Source: an uncultured Candidatus Saccharibacteria bacterium
GTDB lineage: Bacteria; Patescibacteriota; Minisyncoccia; Minisyncoccales; CAZJYT01
NCBI GenBank assembly: GCA_964552375.1
Contig: CAZKFX010000001.1
Coordinates: forward strand, 3,929-67,928
Direction: 5' to 3'
Length of the DNA stretch: 64,000 bases
The translations under genes were made by a program, and so were the position numbers. Within the stretch, counting starts at the first letter, position 1, and the number at the start of each line of letters is the position of its first letter. Positions 19,514 through 28,024 of this stretch are shown one piece after another. Below the pieces are notes generated by a model. It had not been told where the DNA came from and searched no databases. It saw only the letters and a program-made list of their open reading frames with translations.

Positions 19514-20068
19514 CTACCATCTTGCATTGTGAATTTTGAGCCAAAAACCTATTCTGTTTACTATTACGTGTAAAAAGAAAGTTGCTACTAAAATAAAAAG
19601 CCAAATTTTGATTTCTAATTTTAGCCAAGGTTGCAAGAAAATAAAAGCTCCAATTACATAATTTATCTGATCAAAAGGTAAAAATTTTGCTCCAGGTTTC
19701 AAATTTAATCTTCTTTTAATAAAGGCAAATAAAAGATCACCAAAGATTGCTCCCCCCGAAATTAAAAAGCCAAAAAAGAAAAGATTGATTGTTTCATAAT
19801 TTAAAATTGAAATTTTTTTAAAAAAAGAAAATTGATAAAGAAAAAACTGAATTAAAACCACGATTTCACCAACCAAAATTCCCAAAATTGCTCCTCGCCA
19901 GGTTTTATGAGAGCCAAAAATTGGCTTTCCTAAAAATTTTTTTTTAAAATCTATTTGTTTGGCTAAAAAATTAAAAAGATTAAATTTCTTTGCCAAAGGA
20001 GGAGTCATATTAGTAAAATAAGCTGGTAAAAAAAAGTAAAGACAAGATAAAATAAATTCAAAAGTCAT
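19514..20068 (-). CDS. carS: CDP-archaeol synthase family (CarS/DUF46)
   Basis: FLPAYFTNMTP, IDFKK, FGSHKTWRG, GDLLFAFIKRRL, LPFDQ, LHVIVNRIGF. Confidence 0.8.
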   Translation of the reverse strand: MTFEFILSCLYFFLPAYFTNMTPPLAKKFNLFNFLAKQIDFKKKFLGKPIFGSHKTWRGAILGILVGEIVVLIQFFLYQFSFFKKISILNYETINLFFFGFLISGGAIFGDLLFAFIKRRLNLKPGAKFLPFDQINYVIGAFIFLQPWLKLEIKIWLFILVATFFLHVIVNRIGFWLKIHNARW

Positions 20069-20071
20069 AAT

Positions 20072-20452
20072 TTAAGAAATAGCATTTTCAAAATGGTAAA
20101 TTTTAAATTTTTTGTTTTCAAAAATTATAGAAATAATATCAATTTGCCATTTACAATTTAGAGGAAATTTATTTTTTATTAGCCAACCCTCAGCACTTTG
20201 AATTAACCTTTTCTTTTTTTCAGAATTTACCTTTGCTTCGGGAAAAATAAAAAATTTTTTCTTTTTATTAATAGATTTTACCTCCACAAAACAAATTACA
20301 TCTTTCTTTTTTGCCACAATATCAATTTCTCCCCTTTTGCCAAAACGAGCAATTTTGAAAACAAAATTTCTATCCAATATTTTGTAGCCCTTTTCTATCA
20401 AGTAATTTTTAGCAATTTCCTCTCCTAATTTGCCACAATTTTTGGTATTCAC
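20072..20452 (-). CDS. YraN family (UPF0102) putative nuclease
   Basis: GKLGEEIA.NYL..KGYKILDRN, GEIDIV, FVEVK. Confidence 0.9.
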   Translation of the reverse strand: MNTKNCGKLGEEIAKNYLIEKGYKILDRNFVFKIARFGKRGEIDIVAKKKDVICFVEVKSINKKKKFFIFPEAKVNSEKKKRLIQSAEGWLIKNKFPLNCKWQIDIISIIFENKKFKIYHFENAIS

Positions 20453-20489
20453 GAATTTTAGATTTTAAAAAAAGTTAGAGTAATTTTTG

Positions 20490-20563
20490 TGGACCTGGTG
20501 GGACTTGAACCCACATCAAGGCAATGCGAATGCCTCGTTTTTTCCAAATTAAACTACAGGCCC
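20490..20563 (-). tRNA. tRNA-Ala(CGC)
   Basis: Reverse complement GGGCCTG...AGGCA-TT CGC AT-TGCCT...GTTCAAGTC...CAGGTCCA; G3:U70. Confidence 0.94.
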
Positions 20564-20564
20564 T

Positions 20565-22145
20565 CTAATAAATATAGTATAAACAAATTGAAATCACAAT
20601 CAAAATAATAGGCAAGACAAGAGACCAGAAAAATGGATAGCTTTTTATTTTTTCTCTTTCAGTTTCTAAATATTTTAAAGAAATAGAAGCACCAATTCCT
20701 CGATAAAACCAGCCAACAGCTTGAGAGGGAACTCCAAACAATTTTTTAACTTTATTGATAGCAAAAAAGAGATCACCAATAAAACCAAATAGAGAGGTAT
20801 AATTTAGAAAAATTATTCCGGTAGAATCTTGGTACATCATGTCTTCGCTGAAAATAAATCCTGGAATACCTTTTCCTATTACCTTTCCAGAAAGAATAAC
20901 CGGTTTTCCTCTTAAGGGTGAAGCATAAGGATTTCTCATTTGTTCAAGTACTGTAGTTTTAATAGGGGAACTAATTGGAAATTTATACAAAGTTTGCAAA
21001 ATTAAACCAATACCAAAAGCTGCAGGCAAAAGAGCCAGTGGGAGAAAAAAGAAGGCACATAAAGTAAGAAGATAAGGCAACACCAAAATTAATAATCCAA
21101 AAAAGAAATTTTTATATAGTTTGAATTTATCAACCTTCATTCTTTTAATTGCCAAATCTATATCCAAATGAAAGGGTTTGCCTTCTTTTTTTGCAATTTT
21201 GTTTAAAAAACTTATTCTTTTTCCGGTTAAGGGATGGCTACTATTGAGTTCTACTAATTTTGCCCAAGGACTTATGATATCAAAAGCCATTACCTCAGTA
21301 ATAATTTTCTCGTCTTTTAAATCCAAAAAAGAACTAACCATGTACTTTGCATTTTTTACATCAATAATTCCCAAATGTCTTGTGCTTTGTAAAAGATGTT
21401 GAGCCTTATCAGTATCTTTTACTTTCACAATCCCGTAAGCAATTTTAAAAAGAGCACTAGAAAGATCTTTGGGATCGGTAAGTTTTGCAGAAAAAGCATC
21501 AGCCAAATATTCTCTTATCCTGCTCAAATAAAGTAGTAAATAAATTCCGATAAAGTATAAAATATAAGCAAAAACTGCAATAAATAATGTTACACTTGAT
21601 CTTTTTTCTCTGGATCTTGAGCGAATGAGAAAAGAATAAATTTCATATAATATTTGGACCAAAGTGCTCCCTATCATCATTATAATAAAATCGCGATTAA
21701 CGATATGTCCTAATTCATGAGCTATTACCGCTTTTTGTTCTCTTTCGTTGAGAAAATGAAAAATCCCTTCAGTAATAATAATTCTTGCATTGAATCTGCC
21801 AGAACCATAAGTAAAAGCAGTGGGATTTTTATCGGGAATAATTCCCACCTTGGGAAACTTAAATTTATATTTTTGAGAAACCCTTTCAATAATTTGTTCA
21901 ATTTGGGGATATTCTTTTTCAAGTTCTTTTTTTGAAAGAAATCTTACTCTGTAACACCATTTATTAATAAGATCAGTAATTGCAGGTCCCACTAACCATG
22001 AAATAAAATTAATAGTGATAGTCAATCCAATAGCAAACCAGAGGTTTATTTTTCCAAAATACAGCATTATTAAAATTATTACCGCACAGACAAAAGAAAA
22101 TAATATAAAAAGAGTAAAAAGTGAAGCAAAAAATAGTCTATTCAT
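20565..22145 (-). CDS. HtpX-like M48 membrane Zn metalloprotease with extra C-terminal domain
   Basis: PTAFTYG, AHELGH, SRIREYLAD, SSHP; about 200 aa C-terminal extension with TMs. Confidence 0.87.
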   Translation of the reverse strand: MNRLFFASLFTLFILFSFVCAVIILIMLYFGKINLWFAIGLTITINFISWLVGPAITDLINKWCYRVRFLSKKELEKEYPQIEQIIERVSQKYKFKFPKVGIIPDKNPTAFTYGSGRFNARIIITEGIFHFLNEREQKAVIAHELGHIVNRDFIIMMIGSTLVQILYEIYSFLIRSRSREKRSSVTLFIAVFAYILYFIGIYLLLYLSRIREYLADAFSAKLTDPKDLSSALFKIAYGIVKVKDTDKAQHLLQSTRHLGIIDVKNAKYMVSSFLDLKDEKIITEVMAFDIISPWAKLVELNSSHPLTGKRISFLNKIAKKEGKPFHLDIDLAIKRMKVDKFKLYKNFFFGLLILVLPYLLTLCAFFFLPLALLPAAFGIGLILQTLYKFPISSPIKTTVLEQMRNPYASPLRGKPVILSGKVIGKGIPGFIFSEDMMYQDSTGIIFLNYTSLFGFIGDLFFAINKVKKLFGVPSQAVGWFYRGIGASISLKYLETEREKIKSYPFFWSLVLPIILIVISICLYYIY

Positions 22146-22158
22146 AAAAAATTTTTAG

Positions 22159-22229
22159 TCGGAGAGCCGAGAATCGAACTCGGGCCCCAGCCTCCCGAAG
22201 GCTGTGTACTACCATTATACTACTCTCCG
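22159..22229 (-). tRNA. tRNA-Pro(CGG)
   Basis: Reverse complement CGGAGAG...CAGCC-TT CGG GA-GGCTG...GTTCGATTC...CTCTCCGA. Confidence 0.95.
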
Positions 22230-22288
22230 TCTTTTAAAATTTTACAATTTATATTTTTTTCTTTCAATATCACTGCTTTACCCAGCCG

Positions 22289-22309
22289 TTGCTTACCCAG
22301 GGTAAGCAA
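22289..22309. repeat. Perfect 21-bp palindrome TTGCTTACCC-A-GGGTAAGCAA
   Basis: 10-bp arms with a 1-nt spacer, between divergent tRNA-Pro and rsmA; partial direct copy TGCTTTACCCAG at 22274-22285. Confidence 0.85.
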
Positions 22310-22358
22310 TTTTTGATTGATGGCAAAAAAGTAAAAAAATTTATATAAAAATTTTAGA

Positions 22359-23159
22359 ATGAAAAAATATCTTTTTTTCAAAAAATATCAATTTTTACCT
22401 TTAAAAAAATTGGGTCAGCATTTTTTGATTAATGAAGCAATTTTGGAGAAAATTGTAAAAGTAGCCAAAATTAGTTCAAAAGATGTAGTTTTAGAAATTG
22501 GAGCAGGTTTTGGAAATTTGACAAGAAAAATTGCAATAAAATCAAAAAAAGTAATTGCCATAGAAAAAGACCCAAGAATAATTCCTCTTTTAAAAGAAAA
22601 TCTCAAAGAATATTCCAATGTAAAAATTGTTAAAGGAGATGTTTTAAAAATAGATTTTAATTTGTCTGAAGATTACAAAATAGTTGCCAATTTGCCCTAT
22701 TATATTACCTCACCGGTTTTGGAGCTTTTTTTGGAAAAAGTTAAAAAAAAGCCAAAGGCTTTGTTTTTGACTCTTCAAAAAGAAATGGCTCAAAGAATAT
22801 GTGCTAACCCTCCAAAAATGAATTCTTTGGCTATTTTTGTTAAATTTTATGCAAGACCAAAAATTATTTTTTATATTTCTAAAAATCACTTTTGGCCAAA
22901 GCCAAAAGTTGACTCTGCTTTAGTGAAAATTGTTCCTTTGTGTTCAATTCCTTTTGAAGATCCTAAAAAGTTTTTCAAAATTGTAAAGGCTGGCTTTTCT
23001 CATCCAAGAAAACAATTGATCAATAACCTTTCTGAAAAATTAAAATTGTCAAAAGAAAAGGCAAAAAATTGGCTTTTGAAAGCCAAAATTCCTCCCTCAA
23101 AAAGAGCTGAAAATTTAAAAATCAAAGATTGGATAAAATTGGCCAAATTAGATTGTTGA
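22359..23159 (+). CDS. rsmA: 16S rRNA m6,2A dimethyltransferase KsgA
   Basis: LGQHFL, VLEIGAG, VANLPYYIT, FWPKPKVDS, GFSHPRK, RAENL. Confidence 0.95.
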   Translation: MKKYLFFKKYQFLPLKKLGQHFLINEAILEKIVKVAKISSKDVVLEIGAGFGNLTRKIAIKSKKVIAIEKDPRIIPLLKENLKEYSNVKIVKGDVLKIDFNLSEDYKIVANLPYYITSPVLELFLEKVKKKPKALFLTLQKEMAQRICANPPKMNSLAIFVKFYARPKIIFYISKNHFWPKPKVDSALVKIVPLCSIPFEDPKKFFKIVKAGFSHPRKQLINNLSEKLKLSKEKAKNWLLKAKIPPSKRAENLKIKDWIKLAKLDC

Positions 23160-23184
23160 AATTTATTTTTTAATAAAATAAAAT
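23156..23184 (+). promoter_or_regulatory. Sigma70-type promoter
   Basis: TTGAAA-17 nt-TAAAAT, ending 8 nt before ATG 23193. Confidence 0.55.
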
Positions 23185-23192
23185 TAAAAAGT

Positions 23193-23747
23193 ATGAGAAA
23201 AATTTTTCTCTTTCTCTTTATTTTGAAAATTTTATTTTTTCCTTTAATTTGTCAGGGAAAATTGAGGTATTATGAGGCATGTGAGAGTGTCTCAAGTGGA
23301 GTTTGTATGACTCCTACTTATACCGTTTGTTATGATGGTTTGGTGCCATGCGGAAAAGATGTTTGGTATGCTCAAGGATCTCATCCAGATTGTCCTACTT
23401 CCTCGCTTCCAATGAGTGTTACTACTACTCATTGTCAGCTTTGTCATTTTTTTATTATGTTTAATGGCGCAGTTGATTTTCTCATTTGGGAAATTGTTTT
23501 ACCTTTGGCGGTTTTAATGCTAATTGTAGGAGGAATTTTATATATTTTAGCAATTTTAGAGTTTGTTCCTGGAGGACCCCAGACTGTAAATCAGGCAAAA
23601 CAAGTAATTAGTGCTGTTTTCATTGGTTTATTTATTGTCTTTTCTGCCTGGTTTTTGGTCAATTTATTTTTCACCTTAATTGGAGTAGCTGATTGGACAG
23701 GATTAAAAGAAGGCTGGTTTAAAATTGATTGTCCAGTAGAACTATGA
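23193..23747 (+). CDS. Cys-rich VirB2/TrbC-type pilin-like protein
   Basis: Signal peptide, GLVPCG...CQLCHFF, then two TM helices flanking GGPQTVNQAK...IGLFIVFSAW. Confidence 0.7.
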   Translation: MRKIFLFLFILKILFFPLICQGKLRYYEACESVSSGVCMTPTYTVCYDGLVPCGKDVWYAQGSHPDCPTSSLPMSVTTTHCQLCHFFIMFNGAVDFLIWEIVLPLAVLMLIVGGILYILAILEFVPGGPQTVNQAKQVISAVFIGLFIVFSAWFLVNLFFTLIGVADWTGLKEGWFKIDCPVEL

Positions 23748-24706
23748 AATGTTATCTTGGCATAGATGTTGGTTCATTAACTTGTAAATTTGTTTTAATT
23801 AATGAAAAAACAGAGGTTTTGTATTGGAAATATTTTAGGACAGAAGGCAATGTGATTTTGGCAATTCAAAAAGGATTGAAAGAGTTAAAAGATTGGATTG
23901 ATAATTCAAATTTGAAAATTGAAATTGGAGGAGTATCCGCTACAGGTTCTGCAAGATATTTAGTAGGAGCCATTGTTGGAGCAGATTTGATTAAAAATGA
24001 AGTTACCGCTCATGCTAAAGGAGCTCTTCATTTTGTTCCCAATGTAAGAACAATCATTGAAATTGGGGGTCAAGATTCAAAAATTATTATTTTAGAAAAC
24101 GGAGTAGTAGTAGATTTTGGTTTAAATTTAGTGTGTGCTGCAGGATGTGGTAGTTTTTTAGATGCTCAGGCATTTAGATTGAAAATTCCAGTTGAAGAAT
24201 TTGGAAAATTGGCTTTAAAGTCTAAAAATCCAACAATTATAGCTTCAAGATGCACAGTCTTTGCTGAATCTGATATGATTCACAAACAACAGATGGGACA
24301 TAAAATTGAAGATATTATTGCTGGCCTTTGTGAGGGCCTGGCAAGAAACTATTTAGCTGGAGTAGCCAAAGGAAAAAAAATTTTACCTCCTATTGTATTT
24401 TTGGGTGGTGTTTCTCAAAATGTGGGAATGAGATGGGCTTTTGAAAAAAATTTGGGTCAAAAATTGATAGTTCCCCCTTACAATACCGTAATGGGGGCTT
24501 TTGGTGTTGCTCTTTTGGTAAAAGAAAAACCTCCTTTAAAGACAAAGTTTCGGGGTTTTGAAATTTATCAAAAAAATATTCAATGTAGTTCTTTTAGATG
24601 TAAAGGCTGTCCCAACCAATGTGAAGTAGTTGAAGCAAAAATAGATGGAAAGGTAATAGGAAGATGGGGAGATAGATGTGGAAGATGGTCAAATCTTATT
24701 TATTAG
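23744..24706 (+). CDS. 2-hydroxyacyl-CoA dehydratase activase (HgdC/BadF ASKHA ATPase)
   Basis: LGIDVGS, EIGGQDSK, CAAGCGSFLD, IASRCTVFAESD, GGV, C-terminal CKGCPNQC. Confidence 0.9.
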   Translation: MKCYLGIDVGSLTCKFVLINEKTEVLYWKYFRTEGNVILAIQKGLKELKDWIDNSNLKIEIGGVSATGSARYLVGAIVGADLIKNEVTAHAKGALHFVPNVRTIIEIGGQDSKIIILENGVVVDFGLNLVCAAGCGSFLDAQAFRLKIPVEEFGKLALKSKNPTIIASRCTVFAESDMIHKQQMGHKIEDIIAGLCEGLARNYLAGVAKGKKILPPIVFLGGVSQNVGMRWAFEKNLGQKLIVPPYNTVMGAFGVALLVKEKPPLKTKFRGFEIYQKNIQCSSFRCKGCPNQCEVVEAKIDGKVIGRWGDRCGRWSNLIY

Positions 24707-25228
24707 ATGGCAAATTTTAAAATTTTTAATAAAACTTATTTTTTACCAAAGCTTTTAAGGAAAGAATTAAAAAAGCCTTTTGGGAGGCCTATTTTTGGCA
24801 CAAAAAAGGAAGTTTTGAGAGAATTTCAAAAAATTATTAAAGAAAAAAAATATAAAAAAATAATTACAGTAGGAGATTATTGCTCTTTAAATTTACCCTC
24901 TGATATTAGAATTTTTGATGGGAAAATAAAAAGAAAAAAAGTTAATTCCCGTTTGTTAAAAGATAAAAACCTTTTAAAATGTAAAAATCCGCCGGGAACA
25001 ATTCAAAAAGAAGTTTGGCAAAAGATTAAAAAGGCTTTAAAAGAAAACAAAAATATTTTTGTTGAGGGAGAAGAAGATCTTTTGGTTATTCCTACAGTTA
25101 TTTTGGCTGAAAGAAATTCTCTTGTTGTTTATGGATTTCCTCAAAAAGGGATTTGCTTGATTGAGGTTTCTTTTAAAACAAAAAAAATCTTTAGAGAAAT
25201 TTTAGAAGAATTTGAAAGCTCAAGCTAA
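24707..25228 (+). CDS. Archaeal-type GTP-dependent dephospho-CoA kinase (DUF359)
   Basis: LRKELKKPFG, ITVGD, FDGKIKR, NPPGTI, VEGEEDLL, VVYGFP. Confidence 0.85.
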   Translation: MANFKIFNKTYFLPKLLRKELKKPFGRPIFGTKKEVLREFQKIIKEKKYKKIITVGDYCSLNLPSDIRIFDGKIKRKKVNSRLLKDKNLLKCKNPPGTIQKEVWQKIKKALKENKNIFVEGEEDLLVIPTVILAERNSLVVYGFPQKGICLIEVSFKTKKIFREILEEFESSS

Positions 25229-25233
25229 TTTTT

Positions 25234-26364
25234 ATGAGAAAAAATTTATTTTTGTTTTCTCTGGTTGGTATAGGATTTTTTTTGTTCATTTTCTTTTGGG
25301 AAATAAAAAAAAGCTGGCATTTTAATGAAAATTTTTTAAATTCAAATTTACCAAAAAAAGAATTAAAAGCAAAAAGTCTTTCAAAAACTAAACCTCCTCT
25401 TTCCTTAAAAGTAGTAAAAGTTTTGGAGGTTTTGGGTCAACCAGAATTTGTTTTTGTTAAAGATAATCTTGCTTTTTTAGCAAGTGGATATTCTGGAATT
25501 CAAATTTTTGATGTTACAGAGCCTCAAAATGCAAAGTTAGTTGGCAGTTTTGATACTCCAGGTTATGCAGAAGGTATTTTTGTTTTAAAAAATTTTGCTT
25601 ATGTTGCCGATAAAGACGGAGGATTTTTGATTTTAGATGTTTCTAATCCTAAATTTCCCAAATTAATAAATAGAAACAAAAAAATTTCAGCTGAAGGGGT
25701 TTTTGTTAAAGATGGATTGGCTTTTTTGGCATATGCCTGGTGGGGAATAAAAATATTTGATGTTTCCAATCCCGCTTTACCAAAATTAATTTTAGAGAAA
25801 GATTTACCAGATGAGTCAGAGGCGGTTTTTGTTGATAGAAATTATCTTTTTGTAGCTAAAGCTAACTGGACCAAAAAAGATGGAAAAGCAAAAAAAGGAG
25901 ATCTTCAAATTTTTGATATTTCAGACCCCAAAAATCCAAATCTTGTTTTTACCCACTTTCCTTCAGTAGGATACGCTGAGAGTGTTTTTGTCAAAGATAA
26001 TTTACTTTTTTTAGCGGTTGATAAGGCAGGATTTTTAATATTTGATATCTCAAATCCCCAAAAACCTGTTTTGCTTTCCAATTTTAAAACTTCTGGTTCT
26101 GTAGAAAGTATTTTTGTTTTTGAAAAATATGCCTTTTTAGCCAGTGGAAAATCTGGTCTAAAAATAATTGATGTTTCTCAACCTGAAAATCCAAAATTGA
26201 TTTCTACTCTTTCAATTTCTGGCTTTTGTGAGAGAATTTTTGTTTCTAAAAATTATATTTATTTAGCAGTAAAAGAAACCCCCTCATTGGCTAATATAAA
26301 CACCAAAAAGCAAAAAGGCTATCTTTATATTATTAAATTTTCTCCAAATCATGAAAAAGATTGA
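25234..26364 (+). CDS. LVIVD-repeat beta-propeller protein with N-terminal anchor
   Basis: About 6 repeats of VFV...AFLA...G..IFDVS.P..P.L. Confidence 0.88.
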   Translation: MRKNLFLFSLVGIGFFLFIFFWEIKKSWHFNENFLNSNLPKKELKAKSLSKTKPPLSLKVVKVLEVLGQPEFVFVKDNLAFLASGYSGIQIFDVTEPQNAKLVGSFDTPGYAEGIFVLKNFAYVADKDGGFLILDVSNPKFPKLINRNKKISAEGVFVKDGLAFLAYAWWGIKIFDVSNPALPKLILEKDLPDESEAVFVDRNYLFVAKANWTKKDGKAKKGDLQIFDISDPKNPNLVFTHFPSVGYAESVFVKDNLLFLAVDKAGFLIFDISNPQKPVLLSNFKTSGSVESIFVFEKYAFLASGKSGLKIIDVSQPENPKLISTLSISGFCERIFVSKNYIYLAVKETPSLANINTKKQKGYLYIIKFSPNHEKD

Positions 26365-26389
26365 TTTTAAAAAGGGGGTATGCTAAAAT
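26361..26389 (+). promoter_or_regulatory. Sigma70-type promoter of pheS
   Basis: TTGATT-17 nt-TAAAAT with TG extension, ending 7 nt before ATG 26397. Confidence 0.6.
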
Positions 26390-26396
26390 TATTTTT

Positions 26397-27449
26397 ATGA
26401 TGAAATTTGATTTTGAAAAAATTAAAAAAGAAGGAAAAGAAAAGATAAAAAAAGCAAAAAATTTAGAGCAATTAAAAGAAATTTTTGATTTTTATTTTGG
26501 GAAAGAGGGAAAAATAAGTTTAATCTTCAAATCCTTAAAAGAAATGGGAGGAAAAGAGAAAAAGAAAATAGGACAAATAGCAAATGAATTAAAGAACTTT
26601 TTAAAAAGAGAGATAGAGAAAAAAGAAAATGAATTAAAAGAAAAACTTAAAAAAGAAATAGAAGAAAGGGAATGGTTAGATATTAGTTTGCCAGGTAAAA
26701 AACCTGAATTGGGTCATTTACATCCTTTAACTTTAATTACCAGAAAAATTGTTTCAATTTTTCAATCAATGGGTTTTTCAGTTGTTGAAGGTCCCGAAAT
26801 TGAAAACGAATGGTACAATTTTGATGCCTTAAATATCCCTAAAGAGCATCCAGCCAGGGATTTGTGGGACACTTTATATTTAAAAAATAATTTTAAAAGT
26901 GAAAATAAAAAAAATGGGAAATTTTTATTAAGAACCCACACCTCACCGGTTCAAATTCGTTATTTAGAAAAACACCAACCTCCTTTCAAAATTATAGCTC
27001 CAGGAAGAGTTTTTAGACATGAAGCCACAGATAGCAAGCATGAGATTAATTTTCACCAAATAGAAGGATTAATGGTGGCTGAAAAAGTTTCGGTTCCCCA
27101 TTTTAAGGCTATTATTTCCCATTTTTTAAATGAATTTTTTCAAAAAAAAGTCAAAATGAGATTGAGGCCTTCTTTTTTTCCTTTTACTGAGCCTTCTTTT
27201 GAAATAGATATTTTGTGTGTCATTTGTCAGGGAAAAGGTTGTTCAACCTGTTTGGGTTCTGGATATTTAGAAATAATGGGAGCTGGAATGGTTCATCCCA
27301 ATGTTTTTAAAAATTCGGGTTTAAATCCAAAGTTTTGGAAGGGTTTTGCTTTTGGTTTGGGTCTTGAAAGAATGGCAATGCTAAAATATAAAATTGATGA
27401 TATTAGACTATTTTTTAGTGGGGATTTAAGATTTTTAAAGCAATTTTGA
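26397..27449 (+). CDS. pheS: Phenylalanyl-tRNA synthetase alpha subunit
   Basis: GHLHP, NFDALN, HPARD, LRTHTSPVQ, FPFTEPS, FAFGLGLER. Confidence 0.98.
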   Translation: MMKFDFEKIKKEGKEKIKKAKNLEQLKEIFDFYFGKEGKISLIFKSLKEMGGKEKKKIGQIANELKNFLKREIEKKENELKEKLKKEIEEREWLDISLPGKKPELGHLHPLTLITRKIVSIFQSMGFSVVEGPEIENEWYNFDALNIPKEHPARDLWDTLYLKNNFKSENKKNGKFLLRTHTSPVQIRYLEKHQPPFKIIAPGRVFRHEATDSKHEINFHQIEGLMVAEKVSVPHFKAIISHFLNEFFQKKVKMRLRPSFFPFTEPSFEIDILCVICQGKGCSTCLGSGYLEIMGAGMVHPNVFKNSGLNPKFWKGFAFGLGLERMAMLKYKIDDIRLFFSGDLRFLKQF

Positions 27450-27457
27450 AAATTTTT

Positions 27458-28021
27458 ATGAGAGAGAAGTTAACTTTTGAAAGAAGCGAAGAAAAGAAGA
27501 AAGAGACAGGTGAGGAAAAGAGTGAAAAAGAGAGAAAATTATCAGAAAGAGACCTGGCAAAGGTAGAATATATAAAAAGAAATACTCATTTGGGAAGGAT
27601 AGTGAAAGCACTTTTAGATAGTGAAAATGGGGAACGTCCTATGGATAAGGTAAGAAAAGAAATAAGAGCAGGACGCAAACCCGGCGGTCTTACCTTTCCT
27701 GCTGGGAGAGAATTGAAAATTTTTGAAATAGATGGTGGTACAATAAGACTAAAAGCGAGAGATGAGGAATTAAATCAAAAACTATTAGAATATTGGAGGA
27801 GAGCTGATGAGTTAGGTCTAGTGAGAGATATTTTAGAGATTGTTGAAGAAAAAGGAAGAATACCTCTTTCAGAAATAACAAATCGGTTTAGTTCTCTTTC
27901 TTCTCGTGATACTATTATTGAGAAGGTAAAAAAATTAGAAGAAGCGGGTTTAATTCAATCTTCAAAAGAGGGAAAAAGGAGAATTTTAATAAAAAAAGAA
28001 TTTAAAGAAAAAAAAGAATAA
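27458..28021 (+). CDS. Orphan protein with C-terminal winged helix-turn-helix
   Basis: ILEIVEEKGRIPLSEI...SRDTIIEKVKKLEEAGLIQSSKEGKRR; start MREKL at 27458. Confidence 0.6.
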   Translation: MREKLTFERSEEKKKETGEEKSEKERKLSERDLAKVEYIKRNTHLGRIVKALLDSENGERPMDKVRKEIRAGRKPGGLTFPAGRELKIFEIDGGTIRLKARDEELNQKLLEYWRRADELGLVRDILEIVEEKGRIPLSEITNRFSSLSSRDTIIEKVKKLEEAGLIQSSKEGKRRILIKKEFKEKKE

Positions 28022-28024
28022 AAT

